From Dicyema japonicum (lineage: Eukaryota > Animalia > Dicyemida), in contig RDEW01000043.1 of assembly GCA_011109175.1 (NCBI GenBank), positions 404,076-468,075 of the forward strand: a DNA stretch of 64,000 nucleotides, written 5' to 3'. The position numbers and the translations under genes are program-made. The notes beneath the pieces are model-generated. The model had not been told where the DNA came from. It did no database searches and saw nothing but the letters and a program-made list of their open reading frames with translations. Positions 1 to 12,348 of the stretch are shown in pieces. Position 1 is the first letter of the stretch, and every line of letters starts with the position of its first letter.

Positions 1-279
1 ACTCACAGATATAGCAGCACTGAATCTGCCACTGCAGAGCTCAGCCAAGTATGGCCAACCATTCCAGAGCATTCGGGATAGCCTGCTACGTACCTGCAGG
101 ACTACCTTCCTCGCCCATTCTTTTGGGTCAGCTGCCACAACGCTCTCGGATATGGCAAGAATTATATTCTTACCATCAGGTAACGCAAGTGACCCTTTCC
201 TTTTTTCCTTTCAACATTTTTACCAACTCGAGAGAGTTTTAACGCCACCGAATCGAAAGCACGTTGCATGTTTTTTTGA

Positions 280-494
280 AAGTAAAAATATAGTAAAAGA
301 AATATAAATTTAGATTAGAAATATACAAACAGGAAGTAACTCACTCGAATAGAAATGGAGACACACAAAGAAACTTGGCTCCTTATTGGGAGATAGTGAA
401 GATATCATACGGAGAAAAACCATGGCAAACGCGGTATTACACAAGCTGAGAACCTATGACTAAAACGGAAAGAGAATAACATAAAAAGGATAAT
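280..494 (+). mobile_element. RTE-clade LINE RT C-terminal fragment (degenerate)
   Basis: Reads ...KKLGSLLGDSEDIIRRK..ANAVLHKL, the RTE LGS.I...DI.RR..A motif; interrupted by the hAT element at 503. Confidence 0.55.
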
Positions 495-502
495 GTTATA
501 AG

Positions 503-2341
503 TAGGGCGAATTTTTTTTAACCTAAAAAATTAACTTTATTAACCTAAAAACTAAAAAAATTAACCCAAAAATTTAACTTTATAACTAAACAATAAAAAC
601 ACTAAAACTTTTTGTTACACATACAAATTACATAATTTTCTAAAATTCCTGGTAGAAAATGTCTGTTGGATTTAGAAAATTCTTATCTCGAGAAACATCG
701 TTCAATCGAGCACGAAGAAGGCTGACAATTCATGAGTAATGAATACTCGGCAGGAGATATATGTGAATTATTCATTTTTTTATGTTTGAAATATCATTTT
801 TTGAAGCTTTTATTTATGTATTCTTTGATAAATTTGTTGTCATTTCCAAATTCCAACGTTTCTAAACAATATATGCCTGTTCAATTGTGAAGCGCGTACT
901 CTTTCGTAATAATATCTCCAAAAGCGACATCATTCGGAAACCTGGAATGTTCGAATAGCTTCGGATAAGGTCACATAGACTGCTAACTAACACGTGGTTT
1001 TTGAGACTTTCTTTAGCTGTTCGAACTAGATATCCATCATCCGCGAATGATTCGAAAATATTTTGAACTCCGATCAGATTTTCTGAATAGTATGTAGCGG
1101 CCTTAAGCCAGGTCCCCCATCTTGTCAAATGCACATGAGGTGGGATGGCGATGTTTTTGTCTTTGAATATTAGTTTTCTTCTATTGTTCTTGTTAATTGC
1201 TGCTTGTACAGTAGCTATCATCAAATCAATTTCCGGATAAGAGTCTCTTATTTTCTCACAACAATTGTGTAATAGATGAACGCACATGTGACATGGAATA
1301 ACTTGGGGTAAAGATTTTTAAGTATTTTGCCAGCTAAAACATAAAATTTTACCTGATTTCATATAATTTGCAGCATCCGAAATTAACAAAAGGAAATTTT
1401 CCCTTTGAACCAAATTATTTCCAAGTGCATCATCGATTATCTGAGTAATGATGTTCTTGTTAGGAGCAGATTCTATCGCCTTAAACGATAACAGATATGT
1501 TGTTTCAGGAGAATTAAACGATCCAATCATCACAGCAACGTATCTTTGGCCCCGGATTTTTGTTTCATCCGTAATAGCAAAAACTTTTTGATTGCTACAA
1601 AATAAAGTAAATTTTTATACACAAGTTTTTGTTGAATTAACAATTTTTGATTCATTATGATTTGACACAGCTTCTGGCTTTTGATGGTGAGGGAACTCCT
1701 ACAGAGCCTCAGTAAAACAATTCTCTAAGCCACGGCATAGATAGTTTGTTTAGTGGAATATCAGATTTTATAAATGTTCTGGTTACTTGTAGAGCCCAAT
1801 CATCATTTTTGGAATATTGGTCAATGTGTGTTTGATGCGATTCGGTCAGATAATCTACAAAAAATAATCGTTATTTTGCAAAACTCATTGAATTATGATG
1901 TTTTTGTTAGGCTCGATGGGAACTTACAAAATGCCTTTTCTCGCATTTTATATTACACAAACAGAGTCGACAATATAGCGCACCATCCTCAAAATCATAA
2001 ATTCTTTAGGATAATCCTTTACAATGGCCTTAGCTTTAATTTGGTACAATTTTGCTATCTTAGGCATGTCAACCGAAAATTTTAGTGGCAAATATATTAT
2101 TAATAGTTAATTTAAAAAATTAATACATTAAATCAAAAATTATAAGGTTAAAATAATTTTAATTATAATTTTAAATTTTAACTTTTTAACCTAATAATTT
2201 TGTTTAATATACATTTATTTATAATAAAATATAGTTAAAAATCATTAATGATTATTTTTTTACTATTATTAATATAGTAAAAATTTTAATAAAGGAAGTT
2301 TCTATTATTAAATTTTAACTTTTTTAACTTAGTTCTCCCTA
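503..2341 (-). mobile_element. hAT-type DNA transposon (TAGGG termini), degenerate DUF659-type transposase
   Basis: TIRs TAGGGCGAA / TTCTCCCTA; perfect 8-bp TSD GTTATAAG at 495-502 and 2342-2349; minus-strand fragments with ITDET, LLISDAANYM, HVTCVHLLHNC, TRWGTW and IERCFS motifs. Confidence 0.9.
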
Positions 2342-2349
2342 GTTATAAG

Positions 2350-3430
2350 ACACCTTTAACTCCCCAAACCACATCGAGGACAGTAACTTATATCCGTGGA
2401 CATCACAAAAGCGTTCGACTCAGTCCCAGGAAACTCTTAACAAAGAAAATATTTGAAACCAACATCCATCCGAACCTGAAACTTTGGCTTGGAAACTTCC
2501 TAAATGGAAGACGAGCACAAGTACTCTGCAACAACATCAAATCAAGATCTCGCTATTTCCCAAATGGAGTCCCTTAAGGATCCCCACTATCGCCAGCCTT
2601 TTTCAATCTCTACATAAACAACATGCCACAAACCTGTAATAAAAGCTGCCTAATCCTTTTTTATGCCGACGATATTATTCTTGCCTCCAAGGACAGAACT
2701 ATTCAATCAACGACTCAGTCCGCTCAAGAAATGCTTGACAAGTTGGAACTATGGCTGTCGAAGCGGAGACTCGACGCATCAGCAACAAAGTCTTCTGTCA
2801 CACTGTTTACCACTTACAAAAAACAGCTCTGTGTCGAACCAAAAATCTTTATGAAGAACGAGGCTATTTCTATTAACAAAACACCGAAGATTCTGGGAGT
2901 CACCTTCGATCAGGGACTCACCTTTATCCGACATGTTGAGAACATTGCAACTTCAGCTCTGAGGAAAATGAGAATTTTAAAAGCGCTCTCAAAAACACTT
3001 AGAGACCAAATTGGTGGCCTTGCCACGATTCATGAACAATTTATCCAACCCACGATGACGTATGCAAGTCCTTCGTGGGCAATGCAGATTTCACGATCCT
3101 TCTCATTGAAACTATCCGCAATCGAGGAAAACGCAGTAAGGATAATTGGACCAGAACACAATATCCAGCCCATTGAAAATTTCTTAATCAAATTACAACT
3201 GAAACTCTTAAAAAAAGTCTAGTTTACCGAGCTGCCCTCTATTCCATACACTATCGAAATATCTACAATCATACAGAAATTTTGAGCCGATGCCATGTCC
3301 AATGAAAAAAGCTGTTCAGGATTTTCGACCCTACCGGACTCGTCCTCTCCCTTGTCGGTCTGGGATTACTTAGTTAAGAACCTTTTATTTCTTTCTATTT
3401 GACCCACTGATCTTGGAGGTAATAACAATA
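2350..3430 (+). mobile_element. Ingi/I-like LINE, 5'-truncated RT and 3' end
   Basis: DITKAFDSV, GVP*GSPLSP.LF, YADD and ILGVTFD motifs; ends ...GIT* like copies at 6880 and 30557. Confidence 0.85.
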
Positions 3431-5695
3431 TTTGTTATGTGTCACTCCTTTCCTGATTAACTTGCGGAGACCAATTGTTAAATTCTCCAGATTTTTTCTA
3501 AACCAAGTCCAAGTTCCAGATTATTTTCTGACACAAAATATCTATGTCATCTGCATATATAATCTCCATCGGCTTGCATCCTTCACATTTTGTTCTAAGA
3601 GCTCTCAATGCCGCTTCCAGGTATACGACGAATAGAACCGGAGATAGAAAGTCCCTCTGAGGTATTCCAACTGTTGTCCCGAAAGGCTTCGATGTTGTGT
3701 TCCCAACTTGTACAGTTAATTCAGTGTTTGATAATAGGAAACGGACAAGTCTTGTGTTATCCTCATCAAGAAAACTTTTATGTTGACAGTGTCAAACGCA
3801 CTGGACATGTCCACTCCCAAAATCTTAAAATTACTCCTGTATCGTTGACACATAGCACATATCCACCTGTGGCACCAAACAACATCTGCGGTCGAGCGTC
3901 CCCTTCTGAACCCACTCTCTCCTGGCGACAAAAATTCATAAACATCAGAAGATATCCGACTAAGGGTTATCGAGATAGTATCTATCTCAATGATCCCAGT
4001 AATATCACAGGTCTTAGATTTTTATCGGTCCCTTGCTCTTTCCTGGTTTATGCTGAGGAATCAAAATTCCATCACCAAGTTTTAAGGGGAATACGTCTCA
4101 AATATCTTATTGAAAATCTTTGTAATGAGGGTTGTCAGTTCGCCTGGTGCATACATAATCATTTCTCCATATATGTTGTCTGGTCCCACTGCCCTGTTGT
4201 TGTTTAATTTAATGATTGTCAAGTTAGTTTCCTTTGTAGAGATCGGTAGATTCAGGCTTCTTGGTGACTTCTCAAATGGCTCCACATATGAAGTTTCATT
4301 TTCATTCAAAAGTCCTGAAAAATGTTCGGCAATAATCTCAGTTTTTCTTTATTATCCAATACATTTCTTCCTCGACTGTCGTGAATACAAATATTCGTAG
4401 GTTGAACTCCCCTCTGCAAAAGGCGAACTGCTCGAAACATTTGCGTTCCGTATCCCAACTTCTCAATTTCACTGACACGTTCGTCAATTTTCTTGACATA
4501 AATTTCCTTCTTCCTCCTTCTAATCTCCTTGACAATACGATTTCTTTCTTTTCTTAACTCGTTGTAAGTATCATTATTTGTACACGATTCCATTCTCAGC
4601 CGCAATTTTTTGTTTGTTTAATTGATAATGATCCAATTTCGTGATCGAAGACCCCTTTAAATCCTGCCCGCCTTTTTTCCCCAAGCACGTCAAAACTCGC
4701 TTTCTTTATTCCATAACAGTAGCATTCCGAATCATCTCTGGGGGATTTTCCATATTTATGTTCACAATCTCTTTCTTAATTGCCATACAATAATCTTCAC
4801 GCGTCTCCTTACATAAGCATAATTTTTCCACAATAAAACGATCCAGATAAGCTCTCTTCTTTCTAGCTCCATCTTTTCCGAAATATCTTTTCATTCTGAA
4901 ACGTGCAACCAGCAGTTTATGATCACTATAAGTGATGGTGCCTCCATAGCTGCGGGAGTCTGTTAATAAAGCACGAAGAGATCTTTTACATATAACATAA
5001 TCAATCTGCTTGTATATCAAGACATAGTCACCATTTCCATCCATTCTGAGTCCAGTCCACGTAGTCTTATGCCTCGCATTGTGGTCGAATGCAGAATTAC
5101 AAATGAAGTAGTCAGACATGTTACAAAATTGCGCAAGCGATTCTCCTGACATATTCCTCCTCCCCCTGGCATGTCTACCCATACAGGGTTCTCTCCGTGG
5201 ACAGTGTCCCACTATAGCATTCCAATCACCACACAAAAAAGTCATAACTTTAAGATCAGAGATGGTATCCGTTAATAAGATAATAAAACAGATCAAGTTC
5301 ATCGGGATTTGTAGAAACCCTCGCCATTGTGGGCACTTAGACATTAATTATGGATATAAAGGAATTATCAGTCCTCCCACTCTTAATCTGGAGTACTGCT
5401 ATTCTGTCATTCACCCTCCACACTCTGTGGATTCTCCATCAAGACACTGATGTATAGCAAAGCCAAGTTCGTAGTGGTTGCATTTGGAGTCTAGTAGTAT
5501 AAGTCTAAACTCTCCGTAATTCTCCTCAACTGCATCCTTCACTTTAGTCTCCTGTATACTGCATATAGTGACCTTATGTGATATAAAGTCACTTATTAAA
5601 TCCTCCTTTTTATGTTTTTCTTTCAATCCTCGGACGTTCTCGGACGTTGAATGACGCCAGTGTGAAGAGATCATTCGTCATGCGTGAAATAGACA
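3430..5695 (-). mobile_element. RTE-clade LINE (APE endonuclease plus partial RT), frameshifted
   Basis: FNVRGL, IQETK, GDWNA, QIDYVIC and SDHKLL (APE); AVGPDNI, ESGFRRGRST and DMSSAFDTV (RT). Confidence 0.9.
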
Positions 5696-6264
5696 TAATA
5701 ATTCAAGAACCACGTCACCAGTCAACCAAAAAGAATGTACTTTTCTAAAAAAAATATTTACTGATATATTTTTTAATTGTATTTAATTTTTTATAGATGT
5801 GTGATAAAAAAGTAAAACAACGTATATATTGGATGAATACTTAAAATTTGGAGTAATATCCTACGAGCATAACAAATAACTTTTCATGTGTCTTATGTTT
5901 AAGAAGGTTTTTACAAATGAAGGAATGAAACCCACAAGAATGTCAAATCATCTAAAGATTTTTCATCCTGAGAAACTTGATGCAGATGTTAATTAGTTTC
6001 TGAAATATAATTATGAAAATCGTCTCATAATTAATCAAATATTTACCAAAAATTCGAAGATGCTTGAAAAAGGCCTATTATCATAATACAAGATATCCCA
6101 ATTGATAGCAAAATCAAGAAAACCTCATACTATTGGAGAGTCCTTAATATAACTGTCAAGGAAATATTTGATTTAATGTTGATTGTGATTCTGATCAAAT
6201 AAGTTAATAAATTCCTCTCAGCAATTGTTCTGTCTCCTCCAGAATTGATGAAATGCAAAAAATC

Positions 6265-6770
6265 GTTTGGAGCGAAGCTCGTCGCGAATGGTGTGAAACT
6301 GGTTTGGATATGCCGAACGATCCTTCAAGGTAACGTGACTGGGATGATATCTACTCCAAGAAAATCTTCGACGTGCTAAAGTCTGAGGCCAACCAGCATC
6401 GTCTTGCATGCCTCGTGTTCGCCGCCAACCATGGGAGCGGAACGTGGCTGGATGCACTCCCTTGTTCCTCCCTGGGACCCTTTTGGACGATGATTGTATT
6501 CGGATTGGGATCGCACAACGCCTGGGAGTTGATGTTTGCGTCGAACACCAATGTCGTTGTTGAGGGATCGTCGATGCCAAAGGGCTTCACTCCCTCTCGT
6601 GCAAAAGGAGTGCGGGCAGAGCACCCCGCCATGCTGCTATGAACAACATTGTCTTGCAAGCTCTTGAAGCGACAGGCTTCCCGGCAATACTGGAGCCTGT
6701 GGGATTGACCGCGGAGATGGGAAAAGACCGGATGAGGTTAACTATCTTTCCGTTCACTGAGGGAAAATCG
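6265..6770 (+). mobile_element. CRE-like (RLE) non-LTR fragment
   Basis: ANQHRLACL..GSGTWLDALP and LEPVGL..TIFPF; clearly homologous to 11050-11430. Confidence 0.85.
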
Positions 6771-6774
6771 CGCC

Positions 6775-6965
6775 GTCGTGACTGCGAAGGTCCGTCACTC
6801 GACCGATACGTGCTTGTGCGAGGACGTGGGAGGAGCATCGGGCCAAGATGAGGTCCCTGCTAGAGCGTGCTGGTATCACGTGATTAGTTAGTTTGTGTGA
6901 CCGTGGTTTCTGGTGTTGTTGTTATTGTTATGTGTGGGCCGAGGCCACATACTGGCCGTGACATA
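6775..6965 (+). mobile_element. 3' end of Ingi-like LINE family
   Basis: Encodes ..HRAKMRSLLERAGIT*, matching HRKKMRDLMEAAGIT* at 30557; the 3' UTR recurs inverted at ~34905-34957. Confidence 0.7.
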
Positions 6966-6968
6966 CTA

Positions 6969-8305
6969 CAGTCCGACCGAATTGGGGCACCAAGTGCCCC
7001 AAAAAGCGGGGGTGCCCCAAAAACAGGGGTTTAATAAAACAGAGATTTTAAACATCACAAATCAATTTTAGAAAAATAATCAGTTAATTTATCCCTAGTT
7101 ATCCTTTTACTTCTTACATTTTTCATAAAATTAAGTCGAAATTTCAGGAGATATGTAAAAAATTTTCTTCTCTAACTGATTAAGAGAATCTTGCGTTTCT
7201 CTTAGAATTGTTTCCATGTTATTTTTCTTTTTTTTTCGTTGTAAATATTATCAACGAATTCGTCACTTTCCCAATTCAATGTTTCGTCTACGGCATTGTT
7301 GATCATTTCTTCTGTAATGGTATCTTCAATTTTTACGGAATCAGGAATCTTTTCAATTTGATTCCAACAATTAAATATTAAACTGGATCAAGTTTTTCCC
7401 AGCTTTTAGAAATTAGCAGAATTACATGACGAAGGTTTATTTTGTTTATCAACCGTTTGAATTCATCATAATCCTCCTCAAAACACAAATACTGAATCAG
7501 ATAATTTGAGTAATAATCTTTAAAGGTCTTGATAATTCCCATATCCAATGGTTGCAAATACGGTGTTGTATTTTTTTGGCAAAAATAAAAACTCAATATT
7601 TGAGCATTCAATAGTTTTATGACATCCCGCATTATCAAGCAATATTAATACTTTTCTGTTGATTGTATAAAATCTTTCATTTATTCGAGTCAACCAGCTC
7701 ATAAAAATATTTCCAGTCATCCAGCATTTTAAATCTGTCAAGCCAGCCGTTTGAAGCTTTGAAAGTATCAAATCCAATTTTTGAAGCCGTATATAAGGCA
7801 ATTTTCTTTATGAAAGGACCTGATATTGGAACCTTATCTTCCCGTAGTTTATGAAATATTTCAAAAACTTGATTATCGAATTTAGATTTCTCACAATAAG
7901 GCATAGTTTCCTCATCCGTGTTTATAGTACCTTGTTCAAGAAAAGGTACAATTGTTTTTTTATTCGCGAAATCATGCCTTTACTAATTTTGTATTTTTTA
8001 ATTATCTGTCTTTCAGATAATTTGTTCTTCAATATCAATTTAGCAATCGTTAATTTTGTTTCGTAGTTGATAACCATTCACAACAGAAAATGTAAATAAA
8101 CGTGTAAATTAAAATTATATATTTATTAATAAAATATAATTTTATTTACTTATAATTTCATTCCCCACAATTTTATAGTGCCCCAAAATTTCCATATTTT
8201 TTATCGATTTTCCATTTTACTCTGCAAAATGTTGGCCAATAAAAAAATGCCCCAAAATGCGGGGTGCCCCACCCCTGGGGTCTGCCCCAATTCGGGGTCT
8301 GACTG
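6969..8305 (-). mobile_element. pogo/Tigger-like DNA transposon, internally deleted
   Basis: TIRs CAGTCCGACCGAATTGGGGCA / TGCCCCAATTCGGGGTCTGACTG with TA on both flanks; CENP-B-type HTH (PISGP..K.A, FKASNGWLDRFK) and DDE_1 (LLDNAGCH, LQPLDMGIIK). Confidence 0.9.
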
Positions 8306-9140
8306 TATATATAAGTTTTATTTTTTATTATTAATAATCTATTTTAATGAAATGTTTTCTGAAAAAATTTTTTTTTTCGTATTTTGAGCATTTGACCTCG
8401 CAGCTCAGGACTGTGATATGTAATATTTTTATAATTTTAAGCGGGCCACACCTAAGTAGCAGCAGGCCGCCCTTGAAAACCACTTGTTAAGATCAACAAA
8501 TTTTTCAATTCAGATTGATGAATCAACATGATATCATTGGATTATTATTAGTTTACGTACGTTATGTCAATCAAAGTGATGTAATTCATGAATAATTTTT
8601 ATTTTCTGAACACCTTCAACTCGACACTAAAGGCTCAACAATTTTTTAAAATTAAATCTTCTAAGAGGCGCTGAAATTTTGAAGCTTCAAAATTGTATCA
8701 AAATGGGGTGCTGACTTAAAAAAGGTTAAGAACCAATGTATTAGACAAAAATACTATTGACCTGATTATTGCAGCAGCTGGAGCATTGACTGTTTTTTTC
8801 TGATGATGAGATTGTTCACAAAAGCAGCCCTTCTGATAAGGAGTAGGTAGTGTTTCCATTACTTAGGCAGAACTTAATTTATTTAAGTAAGGCTTGTCAT
8901 TCTTTACTTTTCGTTTGTGTGAGTTCCAGAAAACAATCCAGTAATTAAACACTGATGACGGCGTCAATCGTCAACTCCAAAGTATCGTAGATAAGTGGAA
9001 CCTTCAACTGAATAGACAGCAGCGGGATTTGAACAGGAAACCGCATGATTTTAGTCCGGAACTTATTACACTGAGACATGAGACTATTTGCCAGAGAATT
9101 TGTACTTGTAATAAAAATTGATTTATATAATATTTTTGAC

Positions 9141-11783
9141 GTGTCTTTTCAGATGCCATTGATCACGCACTGTCCTCTGACAGTTGGGAATCCTGGCTAA
9201 AACTTATATGCTTTGCACCTGTCGCACTCGGAATACCTACAACGGAATCTGAGGACAATAATAAAGAAACAAACTCCCGACTCAACTTATCCGGGAAACT
9301 GAAACGAAACATAATGAATTTTAGCTGTCATAACATACACGCAATACTTGAACATCCACTTAATGTCAATGAGGTCGAAACCTGAGGAGCATTCATCAAA
9401 GATGCCCCCAACAAACTAAAGGAGAGAGTAAACAGGAAACTTCTGGAAGGCGACGTGCGGGCAACCTTACGAGTTATCACATCCGATGACACAGTATTGT
9501 CTTGTACTCCCGAGGTTCTAAATACCTTAATACTAAAGCATCCAGATGCACCGACTGACTATGAAAAGTTTTTGAATCCTGAAGGAACCCAGGAGATAAT
9601 CATTACTGAATCCGAAGTGCGCCACGGAATAACTTCCTTCGCGGCTAGCAGCGGTGGAGGCTTGGAAGGGTTACGTCCTGGCCATATTAAGGACCTTACG
9701 TCCACTTACACCTCGGAAGCTGGACGCTGTCTTGTCAAATCAATTACGGACCTAATCAGAAAAATGGTTAACGGCGACATCCCAAAATATGCCAGAGAAT
9801 TGCTCTTCTCTGCAAGGCTACTTGCTTTCAAAAAACCCAACGGAGGAATCCGCCCCATTGCGGTCGGGAACTATTTTAGAAGACTTGCAGCAAAAGTAGC
9901 ATCGACCATGGTGAGCCGACAACTCGGAGAGGAGTTCTTTCCTAAACAAATGGGTGTTAGTATCCAGAACGGATGTGAGGTTGCGGTTCATGCAGCAAGG
10001 CGTTTCTTCACACAGAAAAATATTTCAAATGAATGCATTGGAATCAAGTTGGACATAACGAATGCCTTTAATTCTCTCAGAAGAGACGAAATTATGAAAA
10101 CGTGTTGGAAGAGGGCTCCAAAGCTTTTCCCTCTTGTCAATCTATCCTATGGGGAAGATACGTCTTTGGTTTTTGAAAATGAAATTATTAAATCAAAAAC
10201 GGGTGTACAAGGAGATCCGCTCGGACCTCTATTATTTGCCTTGACCATTGATGAGGTTGTGAGTCAATTGATGCTCAGCTAAATCTCTGGTACCTCGATG
10301 ATGCCACAATTGGAGGATCGTTCAAAGAAACATACAATTCATTACGTAAAGCGTTACCCGCTTTAAAACATTTGGGCTTGGACATCAATGTTAACAAATC
10401 AGAGCTAATAAATGTCTCATATCCATACACCGACTTCCTCTCTATCAAGGAGTCTTTTAACGAACTGCTTCCTGGGATCCCGACTGTGCCAGTTGATAAA
10501 TTATATTTCCTCGGATGCCCACTCAGCGAAGAAGAACTCAAGAACCATCTACTTTCCAAAAATGAAGAATTAACACGCCTTGCGAAAAGATTGTCATGTC
10601 TCGACTCTCACACATCTTTCTTCCTGATGAGAAACAACATCGGACTACCCAAGCTTTTATATCTACTCCGATGTTCACCCTGCTACGAACAATATGACAT
10701 TCTACTTTCAATAGACAAGTCTCTCAAGCAAACAGTTGAGTCACTAATTAACGTCCGCTTCGACGAACTTGGTTGGAAACAATGTAAGCTTCCCTCTGGA
10801 TTTGGGGGTGTCGGAATGAGATCGGCGCTGGAGGTTGCGTACCCGGCATACCTATCGTCTCTCTCAAGCTGCAGCCATTTGACACGGCAAGTCCTTCATA
10901 ACACAATTGGACTTTGCTGGAATGAGTCATTTGACGAAGCTTGTCGGAAATGGAACGGGTCCGGACTCAAAATCCCCGAAGACACAACGAAGCAAAGAAA
11001 TTGGGATGACATTGTCTGCTCCAAAATTTTGGAAGACCTTAAAAAAGAAGCAAATCAACATCGTCTGGCTTGTTTGGTGTCAGCTTCAAGTAGAGGGAGT
11101 GGAGCATGGCTTGGTGCAATACCTTGCCCAAACCTCGGGACCTTTTTGGACGACGATTCTTTGAGGATTGGAATCGGACAAAGGCTGGGACTAGACGTTT
11201 GCCAGGAGCACCGATGCCGATGCGGGAAAACAGTCGATGCGAAAGGATTGCACCCGCTGTCCTGCAGAAGAAGCGCCGGAAGGGGACCACGTCATGCTGC
11301 TCTGAATGATGTGATCGTCAGAGCTCTGAAGGCTTCAGGCTTCCCAGCACAGCTTGAACCAGTGGGTCTTGATCGAGGAGATGGGAAGAGACCTGACGGG
11401 ATGACCCTTTTCCCCTTCACGTCTGGAAGATCTTTGGTCTGGGACGCAACTTGCATAGACACGTTCTCAAGCACGAACATTTTTAAATCGGTTCAGACAC
11501 CTGGAGCAGCTGCTTCGACTGCGGAAAACCTAAAAATCAAGAAATATTCTTGCCTCGGGGATCGCTACCGATTTACTCCTGTTGCGACCGAATCATCGGG
11601 AGCCGTTGGTCCAATGACGGCTGAATTCTTGCAAGAACTCGGAGGATTGCTTGCCAGAAAGAAAAGGGATCAACGAGAAGGGTTATGGCTAAGACAAAAG
11701 ATCGGAATAGCCATACTCCGAGGGAACTCGTTCGCAATCCACGCAGCAGGCTTCCTCAACTGACATTTGTTTAATTGTTAAAA
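9141..11783 (+). mobile_element. CRE-like non-LTR retrotransposon (RT, zinc motif, restriction-like endonuclease), 5'-truncated and frameshifted
   Basis: RPIAVG, DITNAFNS, GDPLGP and WYLDD; CRCG..HPLSC; RH..LND, RPDG and WDATC; ends AILRGN. 12-bp TSD AATATTTTTGAC at 9129-9140 and 11784-11795; short A tail; frameshift near 10270. Confidence 0.9.
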
Positions 11784-11829
11784 AATATTTTTGACTAAAA
11801 ATTGGTTGCTTCAAATAAATTTATAAGCC

Positions 11830-12065
11830 GGATGTTTCAACTGCGAGCGGAACGAACTGAACATCCTCACGTAGGACCGCTTTTTTTGCCCATTTTAACT
11901 TCTATGCCTTCTCAGCGGCCGAACAGGCCAAAACAGTCGATTTGGTCACTACATCCGCACGGATGCGGCACACAGACTTTTAATCCGAGTTGTAATTAGA
12001 TCCCATTCATCATCCAGAAAGGCACCCAAGACTCCATTAAGAATGGCGTTAAGCCAGGCACTGAT
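11830..12065 (-). mobile_element. Internally deleted CRE-like fragment
   Basis: Minus strand reads AWLNAILNGVLGAFLDDE, then VCVPHPCGCSDQIDCFGL. Confidence 0.65.
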
Positions 12066-12348
12066 CTCAGAAGAAACTCACGACAACTAACAGGCACTAC
12101 GATGTTGATTAGATGACACCGGTAGATCTTCAAAAGACTTCCGCCATTGAGAGTTCAGGTCTCAAAATCATGAGAACCATGGTAGCAATAACAATGATAA
12201 TCTTAAAATCAATATTAGTGAATTATCTTAATCAGACTAACAATAATAGGAATTGATTTAATTAAATATTATTAACAAATCAATATAAAATTGTTACAAT
12301 TCAGTCAATATTGTAAACACGTGAATTTACACAATAAAAATACCAGAT

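Larger units (their letters stand above)
5750..8738 (+). mobile_element. Buster-type hAT remnant split by nested insertions (transposase pieces ~5810-6260 and ~8486-8645)
   Basis: YLKFG, NEGMKP, KPHTIGE and KIPLSN..SRIDEM, resuming as FSIQIDEST..LVYVRY at ~8500; right end AAGGTTAAGAACCAATG at ~8738; left TIR not found. Confidence 0.75.

Noticed and set aside
1-242. 63-aa ORF at the window start
   Set aside because: No recognisable motif; probably a TE fragment cut by the window edge
3608-4400. Plus-strand ORFs of 96-199 aa (and similar ones at 22658, 22740, and 47812 on minus)
   Set aside because: Antisense shadows of LINE coding sequence
8945-8985. CTGATGACGG hammerhead-like start
   Set aside because: No GAAA after the stem
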